64,000 bases of DNA from an uncultured Gammaproteobacteria bacterium (GTDB lineage: Bacteria > Pseudomonadota > Gammaproteobacteria > Steroidobacterales > UBA11654), in contig CACJRN010000002.1 of the NCBI GenBank assembly GCA_902595845.1, positions 78,294-142,293 on the forward strand. Direction: 5' to 3'. Positions within the stretch are counted from its first letter, which is position 1. Every line of letters begins with the position of its first letter. Positions 37,648 through 46,679 of this stretch are shown here, one piece after another. A model generated the notes under the pieces. It did no database searches. It saw only the letters and a program-made list of their open reading frames with translations, and was not told the DNA's origin. Position numbers and translations under genes: made by a program.

Positions 37648-38433
37648 TTAGAGTACCTCCGCACTATCAACTGGGATGATAACCAGATCAGGTGCAACCT
37701 GCTTCTTGGCTATACTTAGACCCATTTTAATCTCATTACGATTATCACTTGCATCTTCCCACTGCTTCGTTTTTTGATTCCAAACACCCGATACTTTTCC
37801 ATCTACAGATTGATACATAAATGCTACTCGTCCAACACGGAGGAAATCTAGTTCAAGGGTTTTGCCATCAACTTCGAGTGTATCCTTGTAAGTTTCAATG
37901 GTTTTTCCATAATCATTTTCTATTTGATAAGCCTCAGTAACCTTTCTGAACTTTTCAGCAACTGTGACATCTTCTCTTTGCATAATCTCTTTGAGTGTAT
38001 CAACTCGCTTTGTTCTCTCATCTAGCAAAAAGGGAACATCGAGCTGAACGAATTGATCGAGAGAATCAATCATTTTTGTCATCGTGGGGACAATCTGTCT
38101 GTTAATGACTGATACGAGTACAATAGATTTTTCCAAGTCGACCTTGACTCTGGCCTGATTTTCAATTTGCAGTTCTAACAGTTTGTTATAGATCTGAAGA
38201 CCATCGATTTCTTTGAGTGTTGCTCTGTATTGATCTACCAACTTATTTGTTTGATCACTTATCTTGTCAACACGCTGTTGAGATTCTTGAGCCAATAATG
38301 TCCTTTCTGTTTGAGCAGTTAAAATTTGGCTCAAAGTTTCAGCAGGGACCATCATTGGAATGGATACTAGTAAAAGACTACCTATAATCAGTTTGGTAGT
38401 AATTTTATGTTTGTTCATAAAAACATTCCCCAA
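37648..38433 (-). CDS. DUF3450-like periplasmic coiled-coil protein (TtpB-like)
   Basis: 261-aa ORF with a signal peptide and coiled-coil region. Its stop abuts the TtpC-like start. The start may be ATG 38418 (MNKHKITTK...). Confidence 0.7.
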   Translation of the reverse strand: MGNVFMNKHKITTKLIIGSLLLVSIPMMVPAETLSQILTAQTERTLLAQESQQRVDKISDQTNKLVDQYRATLKEIDGLQIYNKLLELQIENQARVKVDLEKSIVLVSVINRQIVPTMTKMIDSLDQFVQLDVPFLLDERTKRVDTLKEIMQREDVTVAEKFRKVTEAYQIENDYGKTIETYKDTLEVDGKTLELDFLRVGRVAFMYQSVDGKVSGVWNQKTKQWEDASDNRNEIKMGLSIAKKQVAPDLVIIPVDSAEVL

Positions 38434-38641
38434 ATGGTTTATTTTGAAGTCTTGGGTACACGTCCCAAGGAAGAATTGATGATAGCATAATCAAAAAATA
38501 CTCCAAAGGCTAATGACAAAAATATTACTAAAAAAAATCTTGTAATTTCATTCGATATATATTTTTGGATATATCCATATACACACTCTATTTATTGGTT
38601 ACATAGTCATAATAAATGTTCAGAAGAAACTATAATAAATG

Positions 38642-38670
38642 TTGACAAAAAGCCTGACTTCGATGAATAT
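38642..38670 (+). promoter_or_regulatory. candidate sigma70 promoter for the ilv-leu leader
   Basis: TTGACA (38642-38647), a 17-nt spacer, then GAATAT (38665-38670), 7 nt before the leader ATG region. The -10 element is weak. Confidence 0.35.
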
Positions 38671-38676
38671 TTGCGA

Positions 38677-38775
38677 ATGAAAAGTATGAATAACAATGAA
38701 GTTTTAATAACTAGTTACGGGTCAGAAGAGATTTTACTGAACCTGCTGCTAATTTGTCATCCAGGGGCAAGATAG
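38677..38775 (+). CDS. candidate ilv-leu leader peptide (32 aa)
   Basis: My reading gives MKSMNNNEVLITSYGSEEILLNLLLICHPGAR*. It has 6 Leu, 3 Ile and 1 Val codons. Seven of the eight codons in the block ILLNLLLI are Leu or Ile. It ends 29 nt before the terminator stem. Confidence 0.45.
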   Translation: MKSMNNNEVLITSYGSEEILLNLLLICHPGAR

Positions 38776-38803
38776 AGTTTTTTACTTTTAAAAGAATTTT
38801 TGA

Positions 38804-38831
38804 GGCCCCGCAAAAAAGCGGGGTTTTTTTT
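38804..38831 (+). terminator. intrinsic terminator (attenuator) immediately upstream of ilvC
   Basis: GG-CCCCGC-AAAAAA-GCGGGG-T8, strand-specific (U-run on the plus strand only). It lies 28 nt before the ilvC ATG. No plus-strand gene lies upstream for it to terminate. Confidence 0.7.
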
Positions 38832-38858
38832 ATAAATTAATAAAAAGGAGTACAACTG

Positions 38859-39875
38859 ATGCAAATTTATTATGACAGTGATGCTGATCAGAATATCGCA
38901 AAAGGGATGGAAATAGTCATCATTGGTTATGGATCGCAAGGACATGCTCATGCAAACAATCTTAAAGATTCAGGTGCCAATGTTACGGTTGCTCTTAGAA
39001 AAGAATCTGGATCATGGGCAAAAGCTGAAGCTGCTGGTTTTGATGTCAAAGAGGTAGGCGAAGCTGTACCCAATGCAGATCTTGTCATGATGCTTATTCC
39101 AGATGAGAAACAATCAGCTATGTATGAGAATCATTTAAAAGACAATATAAAAGATGGAGCAGTTCTGGCATTTGCTCATGGATTTAATATCCACTTTGAA
39201 ATGATTATTCCTAGAGATGATCTGGATGTAATTATGGTTGCGCCGAAAGGCCCAGGCCATACTGTTCGATCGCAATATGAATCAGGAGCGGGAGTACCAT
39301 GCTTATTGGCTGTGTATAGAAATGTCTCCGGAAAAGCAAAAGATGTTGGGCTTTCATATGCATCTATGATTGGTTCTGGCCGAGCTGGAATTATTGAGAC
39401 AAATTTTAAAGATGAGACTGAAACAGATCTATTTGGAGAACAAGCGGTCCTTTGTGGAGGTTTAACGTCACTTATTCAAACTGGTTATGAAGTTCTGGTA
39501 GAAAATGGTTATCCACCAGAAATGGCATATTTTGAATGTCTTCATGAAGTAAAATTAATTGTTGACCTCATTTATGAAGGTGGTCTTCAGAATATGAGAT
39601 ATAGCATTTCCAATACTGCAGAGTATGGAGATTATGTGACAGGACCAAAGATTGTGAATGAAAATACAAAGGAAACGATGCAGAAGATATTGACTGAGAT
39701 TCAGTCTGGAGAATTCGCGAAAGATTTTATGAATGACTGTAACTCTGGTGGTCAGAAAATGAGCGAATATAGAAAAAACTCCTCAGAACATTCAATCGAG
39801 TCAGTGGGCGAAGAGCTTCGTTCAATGATGCCCTGGATATCTGCCAATAAAATTGTTGATAAAGCCAAAAACTAA
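38859..39875 (+). CDS. ilvC: ketol-acid reductoisomerase (class I)
   Basis: 338-aa ORF with the [15 protein letters not shown] Rossmann motif. An SD AAGGAG lies 8 nt upstream. Confidence 0.97.
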   Translation: MQIYYDSDADQNIAKGMEIVIIGYGSQGHAHANNLKDSGANVTVALRKESGSWAKAEAAGFDVKEVGEAVPNADLVMMLIPDEKQSAMYENHLKDNIKDGAVLAFAHGFNIHFEMIIPRDDLDVIMVAPKGPGHTVRSQYESGAGVPCLLAVYRNVSGKAKDVGLSYASMIGSGRAGIIETNFKDETETDLFGEQAVLCGGLTSLIQTGYEVLVENGYPPEMAYFECLHEVKLIVDLIYEGGLQNMRYSISNTAEYGDYVTGPKIVNENTKETMQKILTEIQSGEFAKDFMNDCNSGGQKMSEYRKNSSEHSIESVGEELRSMMPWISANKIVDKAKN

Positions 39876-39877
39876 TC

Positions 39878-41413
39878 ATGAAAGATTCTAGAGAAATAAT
39901 TATATTTGATACCACTTTGAGAGACGGTGAGCAGGCTCCCGGCTGCAGTATGACAATTGGTGAAAAACTAAAAATTGCACATGCACTTAAAGAATTAAAT
40001 GTTGATGTAATTGAGGCTGGTTTTGCAGCAGCATCACCAGGTGATTATGAAGCTGTGAATGCAATTGCCTCTGAGATTGATGGACCAACTATCTGCTCTC
40101 TTGCAAGATGCAATGAAAGCGATATAGAAAAAGCATATGAGGCACTTAAGGTTAATAAAAACAGAAGAATCCATGTTTTTGTCGCCACCAGTGAAATACA
40201 TCTCAAGCACAAACTAAATATGGCTAAAGATGAAGTGCTTAAAGCTGCTTATGAAGGCGTTAAAATGGCAAAGTCATTGTGTGATAATGTTGAGTTTTCA
40301 CCAGAAGATGCTTCAAGAACTGATCATGGTTTTCTCACAGAAGTGGTCAATGCTGCAATTGAAGCAGGCGCCACAACAATTAATGTTCCTGATACAGTTG
40401 GTTACACAATCCCATATGAGTTCGGCGAACTGTTTAAACATTTGATTGATAATTGTGACAATGCAGAGAATGTTGTTTTTAGTGTTCACTGTCACGATGA
40501 CCTCGGCCTTTCAGTAGCCAATAGTTTGGCTGCGGTTGAATCCGGAGCGAGACAAATCGAATGTACCATTAATGGTATAGGAGAGAGAGCTGGAAATACC
40601 TCACTTGAAGAAGTGTGCATGGCAATTAGAACAAGGGAAGAGTATTTTGATTTTAAAACATCAATAGATTCAACAAAATTATATCCCACGAGTAGATTGG
40701 TTTCCTCTATCACGGGGATGCATGTTCCTAGAAACAAAGCAATTGTTGGCGATAACGCATTTGCTCATGAAGCTGGTATCCATCAACATGGAATGCTTAG
40801 AGATTCTTCAACATATGAAATCATGAAGCCTCAAGATGTTGGTATTGCTAGATCAAATCTCGTTCTTGGAAAACACAGCGGCAGACATGCTTTTTTGGAC
40901 AGAATCAACGATTTGGGGTTTAAGCTCGAAAAGGATGAGATTGATCCAGCTTTTCGAGAATTCAAGAAATTGGCTGACAAAAAGAAGGAGATCTTTGATA
41001 CAGACATAGAAGCAATAGTTTTAAATGCGGATATTGCAAATATGAGTCGATGGTCGCTGGAAGATCTTGAAACAAACTCTGGCTCCTCATGGGGTTCCAC
41101 AGCATCATTAAAATTAGTAGATTCAGGTGAAAATATCATTGAAAGGGATAATAAGGAGAATCCAGCCAGTGGGCCGATTGAGGCTGTTTTTAATATCATC
41201 AGTGATATTACGGGATATCAGCTTGAATTGACTAACTTTGAAATTCACAGCGTCAGTGTTGGCGATGATGCTCAAGGTGAAGTCACTGTCACAGTCAGCT
41301 ATGATGGACAGAATTATAGAGGGCATGGCATCAGTACTGATATCATTGAGTCTGGCGCTTTGGCTTATCTTGAGGTCATTAACCGAATAGAAAGAAATCA
41401 AGCAAAACATTAG
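39878..41413 (+). CDS. leuA: 2-isopropylmalate synthase
   Basis: 511-aa ORF with IFDTTLRDGEQ, a HCHDDLG(L) metal site, and the C-terminal LeuA dimerisation/regulatory domain. Confidence 0.97.
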   Translation: MKDSREIIIFDTTLRDGEQAPGCSMTIGEKLKIAHALKELNVDVIEAGFAAASPGDYEAVNAIASEIDGPTICSLARCNESDIEKAYEALKVNKNRRIHVFVATSEIHLKHKLNMAKDEVLKAAYEGVKMAKSLCDNVEFSPEDASRTDHGFLTEVVNAAIEAGATTINVPDTVGYTIPYEFGELFKHLIDNCDNAENVVFSVHCHDDLGLSVANSLAAVESGARQIECTINGIGERAGNTSLEEVCMAIRTREEYFDFKTSIDSTKLYPTSRLVSSITGMHVPRNKAIVGDNAFAHEAGIHQHGMLRDSSTYEIMKPQDVGIARSNLVLGKHSGRHAFLDRINDLGFKLEKDEIDPAFREFKKLADKKKEIFDTDIEAIVLNADIANMSRWSLEDLETNSGSSWGSTASLKLVDSGENIIERDNKENPASGPIEAVFNIISDITGYQLELTNFEIHSVSVGDDAQGEVTVTVSYDGQNYRGHGISTDIIESGALAYLEVINRIERNQAKH

Positions 41414-41421
41414 GAGAAATT

Positions 41422-42351
41422 ATGCCACTCAAGCCAACAAAAAATATTTGGTTTAATAATGAATTAGTGCCTTGGGAGTCTGCTCAAGTTCATGTTCTGA
41501 GCTATGCATTGCATTATGGCTCTGCTGTTTTTGAAGGTATAAGAGCCTACTCTACAAATGACGGCTCAAAAATCTTCAGATTAAATGAACACATAAAAAG
41601 ACTCTTTAATTCAGCAAAGATCTATCGAATGAATATTGCTTATAGCGAAAATGAAATCATTGAAGCTTGCAGGAAAATTGTTTCTGTGAATGATTTGCAT
41701 AGCGGTGCTTATATAAGACCCATTGCATTCAGGGGATATAATGACCTTGGTCTCCATGCATCGATGGATGATGACATAGAAGTGGTTGTGGCTGCTTGGG
41801 AATGGGGTACCTACTTAGGCGCAGATGCTTTAGAGAATGGTGTAGATGTTTGTATTTCCTCTTGGAATAGGAATGCACCCAATACAATACCAGTTATGGC
41901 AAAGGCATCTGGGAATTACTTATCAGGGACATTGGTTGCAATAGAAGCAAAAGAAAATGGATACGATGAAGGCATCTGTCTTGATTCAGACGGATTTGTC
42001 AGTGAAGGCGCAGGTGAGAATATCTTTATGGTGAAAAATGGGTCTCTCATAACCCCTCCTCTCAGTTCATCAATTCTAGATGGAATCACAAGAGATTCCG
42101 TTATGAAAATTGCAAAAGATTTGAATATCGACTGCATTGAGAGAAGGATCACAAGGGAAGAGCTTTATCTTGCCGATGAGTTATTTTTCACTGGAACTGC
42201 TGCAGAAATTACCCCAATAAGAAGTGTTGATAGAATCGAGATTGGCGAAGGCAAAAGAGGTCCAATTACAGAGAGTATTCAGAATGTATTTTTTGGTTTA
42301 TTCACTGGTGAATCGGATGATAAATGGGATTGGTTGACTTCCGTTGAGTAA
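41422..42351 (+). CDS. ilvE: branched-chain amino acid aminotransferase
   Basis: 309-aa ORF with typical fold-type IV aminotransferase sequence ([34 protein letters not shown]). Confidence 0.95.
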   Translation: MPLKPTKNIWFNNELVPWESAQVHVLSYALHYGSAVFEGIRAYSTNDGSKIFRLNEHIKRLFNSAKIYRMNIAYSENEIIEACRKIVSVNDLHSGAYIRPIAFRGYNDLGLHASMDDDIEVVVAAWEWGTYLGADALENGVDVCISSWNRNAPNTIPVMAKASGNYLSGTLVAIEAKENGYDEGICLDSDGFVSEGAGENIFMVKNGSLITPPLSSSILDGITRDSVMKIAKDLNIDCIERRITREELYLADELFFTGTAAEITPIRSVDRIEIGEGKRGPITESIQNVFFGLFTGESDDKWDWLTSVE

Positions 42352-43753
42352 ATCTCCAAAAACTCTATTTGAAAAGATCTGGCAGGATCATTTGGTTATT
42401 CAAGAGACCAAAGAGACACCTGCGATACTTTATATTGATCTTCATCTTATTCATGAAGTCACAACACCTCAGGCATTTCAGTCTTTGAGAGACAAAGGAT
42501 TGTCAGTCAGAGATCCAAAAAAAGTTTTAGCAACTATGGATCATTCCACTCCAACTCTTCCTGTCAATAGCATAGCTGACCTCGATATCGTTGCCGAAAA
42601 AGGACCTGCTGATCAAATAAGAGACATGATCAAGAATTGTGAAGATTTTGGTATTGAGCTACATGGATTTGGCTCGGATAAGAGAGGTATTGTTCATGTG
42701 ATTGGTCCTGAGCTTGGCGCCACACAGCCGGGAAAAACAATTGTATGTGGGGATAGCCATACCAGTACGCATGGCGCATTTGGAGCGCTAGCATTCGGTA
42801 TAGGTACCACAGAGGTTGGACATGTTTTGGCATCTCAGTGTCTTCTTCAGAGAAAACCCAAGACATTTGCTGTGAATATGTCAGGAGCACTCAAATCTGG
42901 AGTGTCTGCAAAAGATATCATTCTAAAAATTATTCAAGAAGTTGGAGTCGATGGTGGTGTTGGACATATTATAGAGTATAGAGGCCAAACAGCAGGCCTT
43001 CTTTCTTTAGAGGAAAGGATGACCATTTGTAATATGAGCATTGAGGCTGGCGCAAGAGCCGGGATGTTTGCACCTGATGATAAAACATTTGACTACTTGA
43101 TAGATAAACCAATGTCGCCAAAAGGATTAGATTGGGATGAAGCAATACAGAGATGGTCTAGATTGGTTACTGATGAGAATGCTGAATTTGATAAAGAAGT
43201 AACCATTGATGTTGATCGATTGTCACCGATGGTCACCTACGGCACAAACCCAGGAATGGCAATGCAAATTGATGATGTCGTACCAGCATCAAATGGAGAT
43301 CTTGGTCATAAACAGTCACTGAATTATATGCAGATTGAAGCCGACAAACCCATTATAGGAAAAGAGATTGATGTAGTTTTTATAGGAAGTTGCACAAACT
43401 CAAGAATATCTGACCTTCATGATGCAGCCGAAATTCTCAAGGGCAGAAAAGTTTCAAATGGGGTTAGAGCATTGGTTGTACCAGGTTCTCAGGCAGTAAA
43501 GAAAGAAGCAGAAAGTTTAGGGCTGGATAAAATATTCGAATCAGCAGGAGCAGAATGGCGTGAATCTGGATGCTCGATGTGCCTTGGAATGAATGGTGAT
43601 ACAGTTGGAAATGGGCAATTGGCAGTGAGTACGAGTAACCGAAATTTTGAGGGTCGACAAGGTAAAGGGGCTAGAACAATACTAGCAAGTCCAAAAACTG
43701 CTGCTGCATCAGCGATTGCAGGATCTGTAGATGACCCAAGGAAATATAGTTAA
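42344..43753 (+). CDS. leuC: 3-isopropylmalate dehydratase large subunit
   Basis: 469-aa ORF (TTG start) with the aconitase-family Fe-S ligand blocks VCGDSHT, GSCTNSR and GCSMCLGMN. Confidence 0.97.
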   Translation: MSKSPKTLFEKIWQDHLVIQETKETPAILYIDLHLIHEVTTPQAFQSLRDKGLSVRDPKKVLATMDHSTPTLPVNSIADLDIVAEKGPADQIRDMIKNCEDFGIELHGFGSDKRGIVHVIGPELGATQPGKTIVCGDSHTSTHGAFGALAFGIGTTEVGHVLASQCLLQRKPKTFAVNMSGALKSGVSAKDIILKIIQEVGVDGGVGHIIEYRGQTAGLLSLEERMTICNMSIEAGARAGMFAPDDKTFDYLIDKPMSPKGLDWDEAIQRWSRLVTDENAEFDKEVTIDVDRLSPMVTYGTNPGMAMQIDDVVPASNGDLGHKQSLNYMQIEADKPIIGKEIDVVFIGSCTNSRISDLHDAAEILKGRKVSNGVRALVVPGSQAVKKEAESLGLDKIFESAGAEWRESGCSMCLGMNGDTVGNGQLAVSTSNRNFEGRQGKGARTILASPKTAAASAIAGSVDDPRKYS

Positions 43754-43757
43754 CGAT

Positions 43758-44333
43758 ATGGAAAAGATTATTGAATTTAGTTCTAAAACTGTTGTTTTGT
43801 CAGTGAATGACATTGATACAGATCAAATTATCCCTGCTAGATTTTTAACAGTTACAACGAAAGACGGACTTGGCGATGGTTTATTTGCAGATTGGCGATT
43901 TGATGAAGACGGAAATAAAGTTGAACAATTTCCATTGAACCAGGATAAATCAGATGGGTGCACTATTTTAATTTCTGGCAGTAATTTTGGCTGTGGATCG
44001 TCACGTGAGCACGCTCCTTGGGCATTGGTTGATTATGGATTTAAGGCAATTTTATCAACCTCATTTGCAGATATTTTTAGAAACAATGCACTAAAGAATG
44101 GCCTATTGCCTCTTACAGTGTCAGAAGAGTTTCATGCGATGTTGACAGAGAATGAAGGGATTGAAGTCACTGTCAGTCTTGAAAAAATGATGATTCATGC
44201 CTCTAACGGGATGAAAGAAGCTTTCGATCTTGAGCCTTTTTCGAGATATTGCTTAATGAATGGTATTGATCAACTGGGATTCATCATGAATCACGAAGAA
44301 CAAATTAATGCATTTGAGAATAAAGGACAGTAA
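43758..44333 (+). CDS. leuD: 3-isopropylmalate dehydratase small subunit
   Basis: It has the GSNFGCGSSREHA motif. I set the start to ATG 43758 (MEKIIEF...), 4 nt after the leuC stop. The track ORF begins at 43731, inside leuC. Confidence 0.95.
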   Translation: MEKIIEFSSKTVVLSVNDIDTDQIIPARFLTVTTKDGLGDGLFADWRFDEDGNKVEQFPLNQDKSDGCTILISGSNFGCGSSREHAPWALVDYGFKAILSTSFADIFRNNALKNGLLPLTVSEEFHAMLTENEGIEVTVSLEKMMIHASNGMKEAFDLEPFSRYCLMNGIDQLGFIMNHEEQINAFENKGQ

Positions 44334-45389
44334 ATGAAAGCAGAAATCACCGTATTGGCTGGAGATGGTATCGGACCTGAGATCACTGAGCATGCATTAA
44401 ATATTCTCAATGCAATCGAAAAGAAATATGGACATGAATTCACATTACATGATGCACTGTTTGGCGGAATTGCAATTGATGAAACAGGCGATCCATATCC
44501 ACTAGAAACAAGAGAACTTTGTAAAAAATCTGATGCAGTCCTTTTGGGCGCAGTTGGCGGTCCGAAATGGAGTGATCCCAAAGCAAAAACAAGACCTGAA
44601 AAGGGACTACTTGATATGCGATCAGACCTAGGCGTCTATGCTAACTTAAGGCAAATAAAAACTTACCCTCAACTCATCGATAATTCACCGATAGAAAATG
44701 CCAAACTAAAAGACATTGATATTTTATTTGTAAGAGAATTAATAGGTGGTATTTATTTCGGTGAAAAAGAGAAAACTGACGACTACGCTAAAGATGTGTG
44801 TGAATATTCAGCATCTGAAATAGAGCGAATCGTAAAAGTTGCAGCAGATTTGTCAATGAAAAGAAAAAACAAGCTTACATCTGTTGATAAGGCCAACGTA
44901 ATGGCTACATCTCAACTCTGGAGATCTGTAACAATCGCTATGATTGAAAAAGAATATCCTGAGATAGAAATTGAACACCTTCTTGTTGATGCTGCTACTA
45001 TGCACCTCCTCTCACGTCCAGCTGATTTTGATGTGATTGTTGCTGAGAATTTATTTGGCGATATTCTGACGGATGAAGCATCTATGCTGACTGGATCTAT
45101 TGGTATGATTCCATCTGCGTCGCTCGGAGATAATAACTTTGGTGTATATGAACCTATTCATGGCTCAGCGCCTGATATTCAAGGCAAAGGACTCGCAAAT
45201 CCTAGTGGCATGATTCTTTCAGTGGCGATGATGTTAAAACATTCACTCAATCTGATTGAAGAATCAAATGATATCGAGAATGCCGTTGAAGAGGTTCTCA
45301 GTGACGGGATATTTACAGCTGATTTGTCATCTGAAGATCATGTTTCAACAGATGAGATGGGTAATGCCATTCTCTCAAAAATAGTTTAA
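44334..45389 (+). CDS. leuB: 3-isopropylmalate dehydrogenase
   Basis: 351-aa ORF with ITVLAGDGIGPEI, NLFGDILTDEASMLTGSIGM and EPIHGSAPDI motifs. Confidence 0.97.
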   Translation: MKAEITVLAGDGIGPEITEHALNILNAIEKKYGHEFTLHDALFGGIAIDETGDPYPLETRELCKKSDAVLLGAVGGPKWSDPKAKTRPEKGLLDMRSDLGVYANLRQIKTYPQLIDNSPIENAKLKDIDILFVRELIGGIYFGEKEKTDDYAKDVCEYSASEIERIVKVAADLSMKRKNKLTSVDKANVMATSQLWRSVTIAMIEKEYPEIEIEHLLVDAATMHLLSRPADFDVIVAENLFGDILTDEASMLTGSIGMIPSASLGDNNFGVYEPIHGSAPDIQGKGLANPSGMILSVAMMLKHSLNLIEESNDIENAVEEVLSDGIFTADLSSEDHVSTDEMGNAILSKIV

Positions 45390-45443
45390 CTTCTTTTTAA
45401 TTTCTTCTTGTATTCAATCTTTTTATGCCTATAATGTCACGCT

Positions 45444-45461
45444 GTACTAACACATTAGTAC
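45444..45461. promoter_or_regulatory. perfect palindrome (candidate operator) at the his-operon promoter
   Basis: GTACTAA-CACA-TTAGTAC starts 8 nt downstream of a consensus TATAAT (45430-45435). A possible -35 TTGTAT lies at 45408-45413. The palindrome ends 21 nt upstream of the yerC-like ATG. Confidence 0.4.
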
Positions 45462-45481
45462 ACTAGAACATAGGTATAAAG

Positions 45482-45802
45482 ATGAAAATAGAAAGAGTTT
45501 TAACAAAAAAAGAAGAAAAGCTCGCCGAAGAGCGATTCTATGAAGCAATAATGTCATTAAATGATGTGGATGAGTATCGATCATTCTTCAATGATATTTT
45601 TACACCAGCTGAATTTGAATCCATTAAAGACAGATGGAGTGTTGCTGAGCTTCTGGACAAGGGATACACATATAGAGAAATAAAGACAATGACTGGAGTA
45701 AGCCTGACAACTATCGGTAGAGTTGCAAGATTTCTGTTTGATGGAGCAAATGGTTACAAAGTGGCGCTGGAGAGAATAAAAACAAATGAAAGAAAGAATT
45801 AA
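45482..45802 (+). CDS. TrpR-like YerC/YecD-family DNA-binding protein
   Basis: 106-aa ORF. The pattern F...T..E......R..VA..L..G.TYREI...TG.S..TI.RV.R.L is as in Bacillus YerC. The 3' end overlaps hisG by 17 nt. Confidence 0.8.
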   Translation: MKIERVLTKKEEKLAEERFYEAIMSLNDVDEYRSFFNDIFTPAEFESIKDRWSVAELLDKGYTYREIKTMTGVSLTTIGRVARFLFDGANGYKVALERIKTNERKN

Positions 45803-46679
45803 AATTGCAGTTCAGAAATCTGGTAGGTTGACAGAACACAGCATTACCCTACTCCAGAAATGTGGTCTTATCATCAGTCATACAAAAGATCAGTTGATTG
45901 GATATGGTGAAAATATGCCATTTGATATCATGTTTGTCAGGGACGATGATATCCCTGGATTAATTCAGGAAAACCTTTGTGAAATTGGCATTGTTGGTGC
46001 AAATGTCGCAAGAGAGAAGCAGCTTTCGTATGAGTCGAGTCGATCATCCTCTAACTTTGACCTTGAGTCATCGCTTGATTTTGGACACTGTAAACTATCA
46101 TTTGCATATCCTGAGTCATCGAGCATTCGGTCTGTTAATGACCTTGATGGCAAAACAATTGCAACGAGCTATCCGTTTACAGTAAAAAATTACTTTACTA
46201 AGAATTCAATTGATGCAAATGTCACTGAATTCTCAGGTGCTGTAGAGTTGGCACCAAGTCTTGGTAAGGCAGACGCAATATGTGATCTCGTATCAACAGG
46301 TAATACCCTTAGAGCTCATAATCTAATGGCAGGAGAAACGATCTTAGAGAGCGTTGCAACGGTACTTAAGTCAAAATCAGAGCAGTCAGAATTTAAAAGC
46401 ATGTGGATTGAAAAGATCATTGAAAGAATCAATGGTGTTCTCCAAGTGAATGAGAGTAAATACATCATGATGCATGCACCTAAAAATGCGATCAATGAGA
46501 TCACTAAGCTTCTTCCTGGAACAGAATCACCGACTGTCATTCCTTTAGATGGTGTCAATGATACAGTAGCAGTTCATGTTGTTTGTAAAGAAACGGTCTT
46601 CTGGGAGACATTGGAAGAGCTGAAGGACGTAGGAGCATCATCTATCTTGGTAGTGCCAGTTGAAAAAATGTTGATGTAA
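45786..46679 (+). CDS. hisG: ATP phosphoribosyltransferase (long form)
   Basis: 297-aa ORF with the IKIAVQKSGRL N-terminus, DLVSTGNTLRAHNL, and the C-terminal regulatory domain. Confidence 0.95.
   Translation: MKERIKIAVQKSGRLTEHSITLLQKCGLIISHTKDQLIGYGENMPFDIMFVRDDDIPGLIQENLCEIGIVGANVAREKQLSYESSRSSSNFDLESSLDFGHCKLSFAYPESSSIRSVNDLDGKTIATSYPFTVKNYFTKNSIDANVTEFSGAVELAPSLGKADAICDLVSTGNTLRAHNLMAGETILESVATVLKSKSEQSEFKSMWIEKIIERINGVLQVNESKYIMMHAPKNAINEITKLLPGTESPTVIPLDGVNDTVAVHVVCKETVFWETLEELKDVGASSILVVPVEKMLM

Noticed and set aside
38757-38951. 64-aa minus-strand ORF spanning the ilvC start.
   Set aside because: It overlaps the ilvC start, its SD and the attenuator hairpin on the opposite strand. 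It has no SD or motif and is better explained by the plus-strand features.
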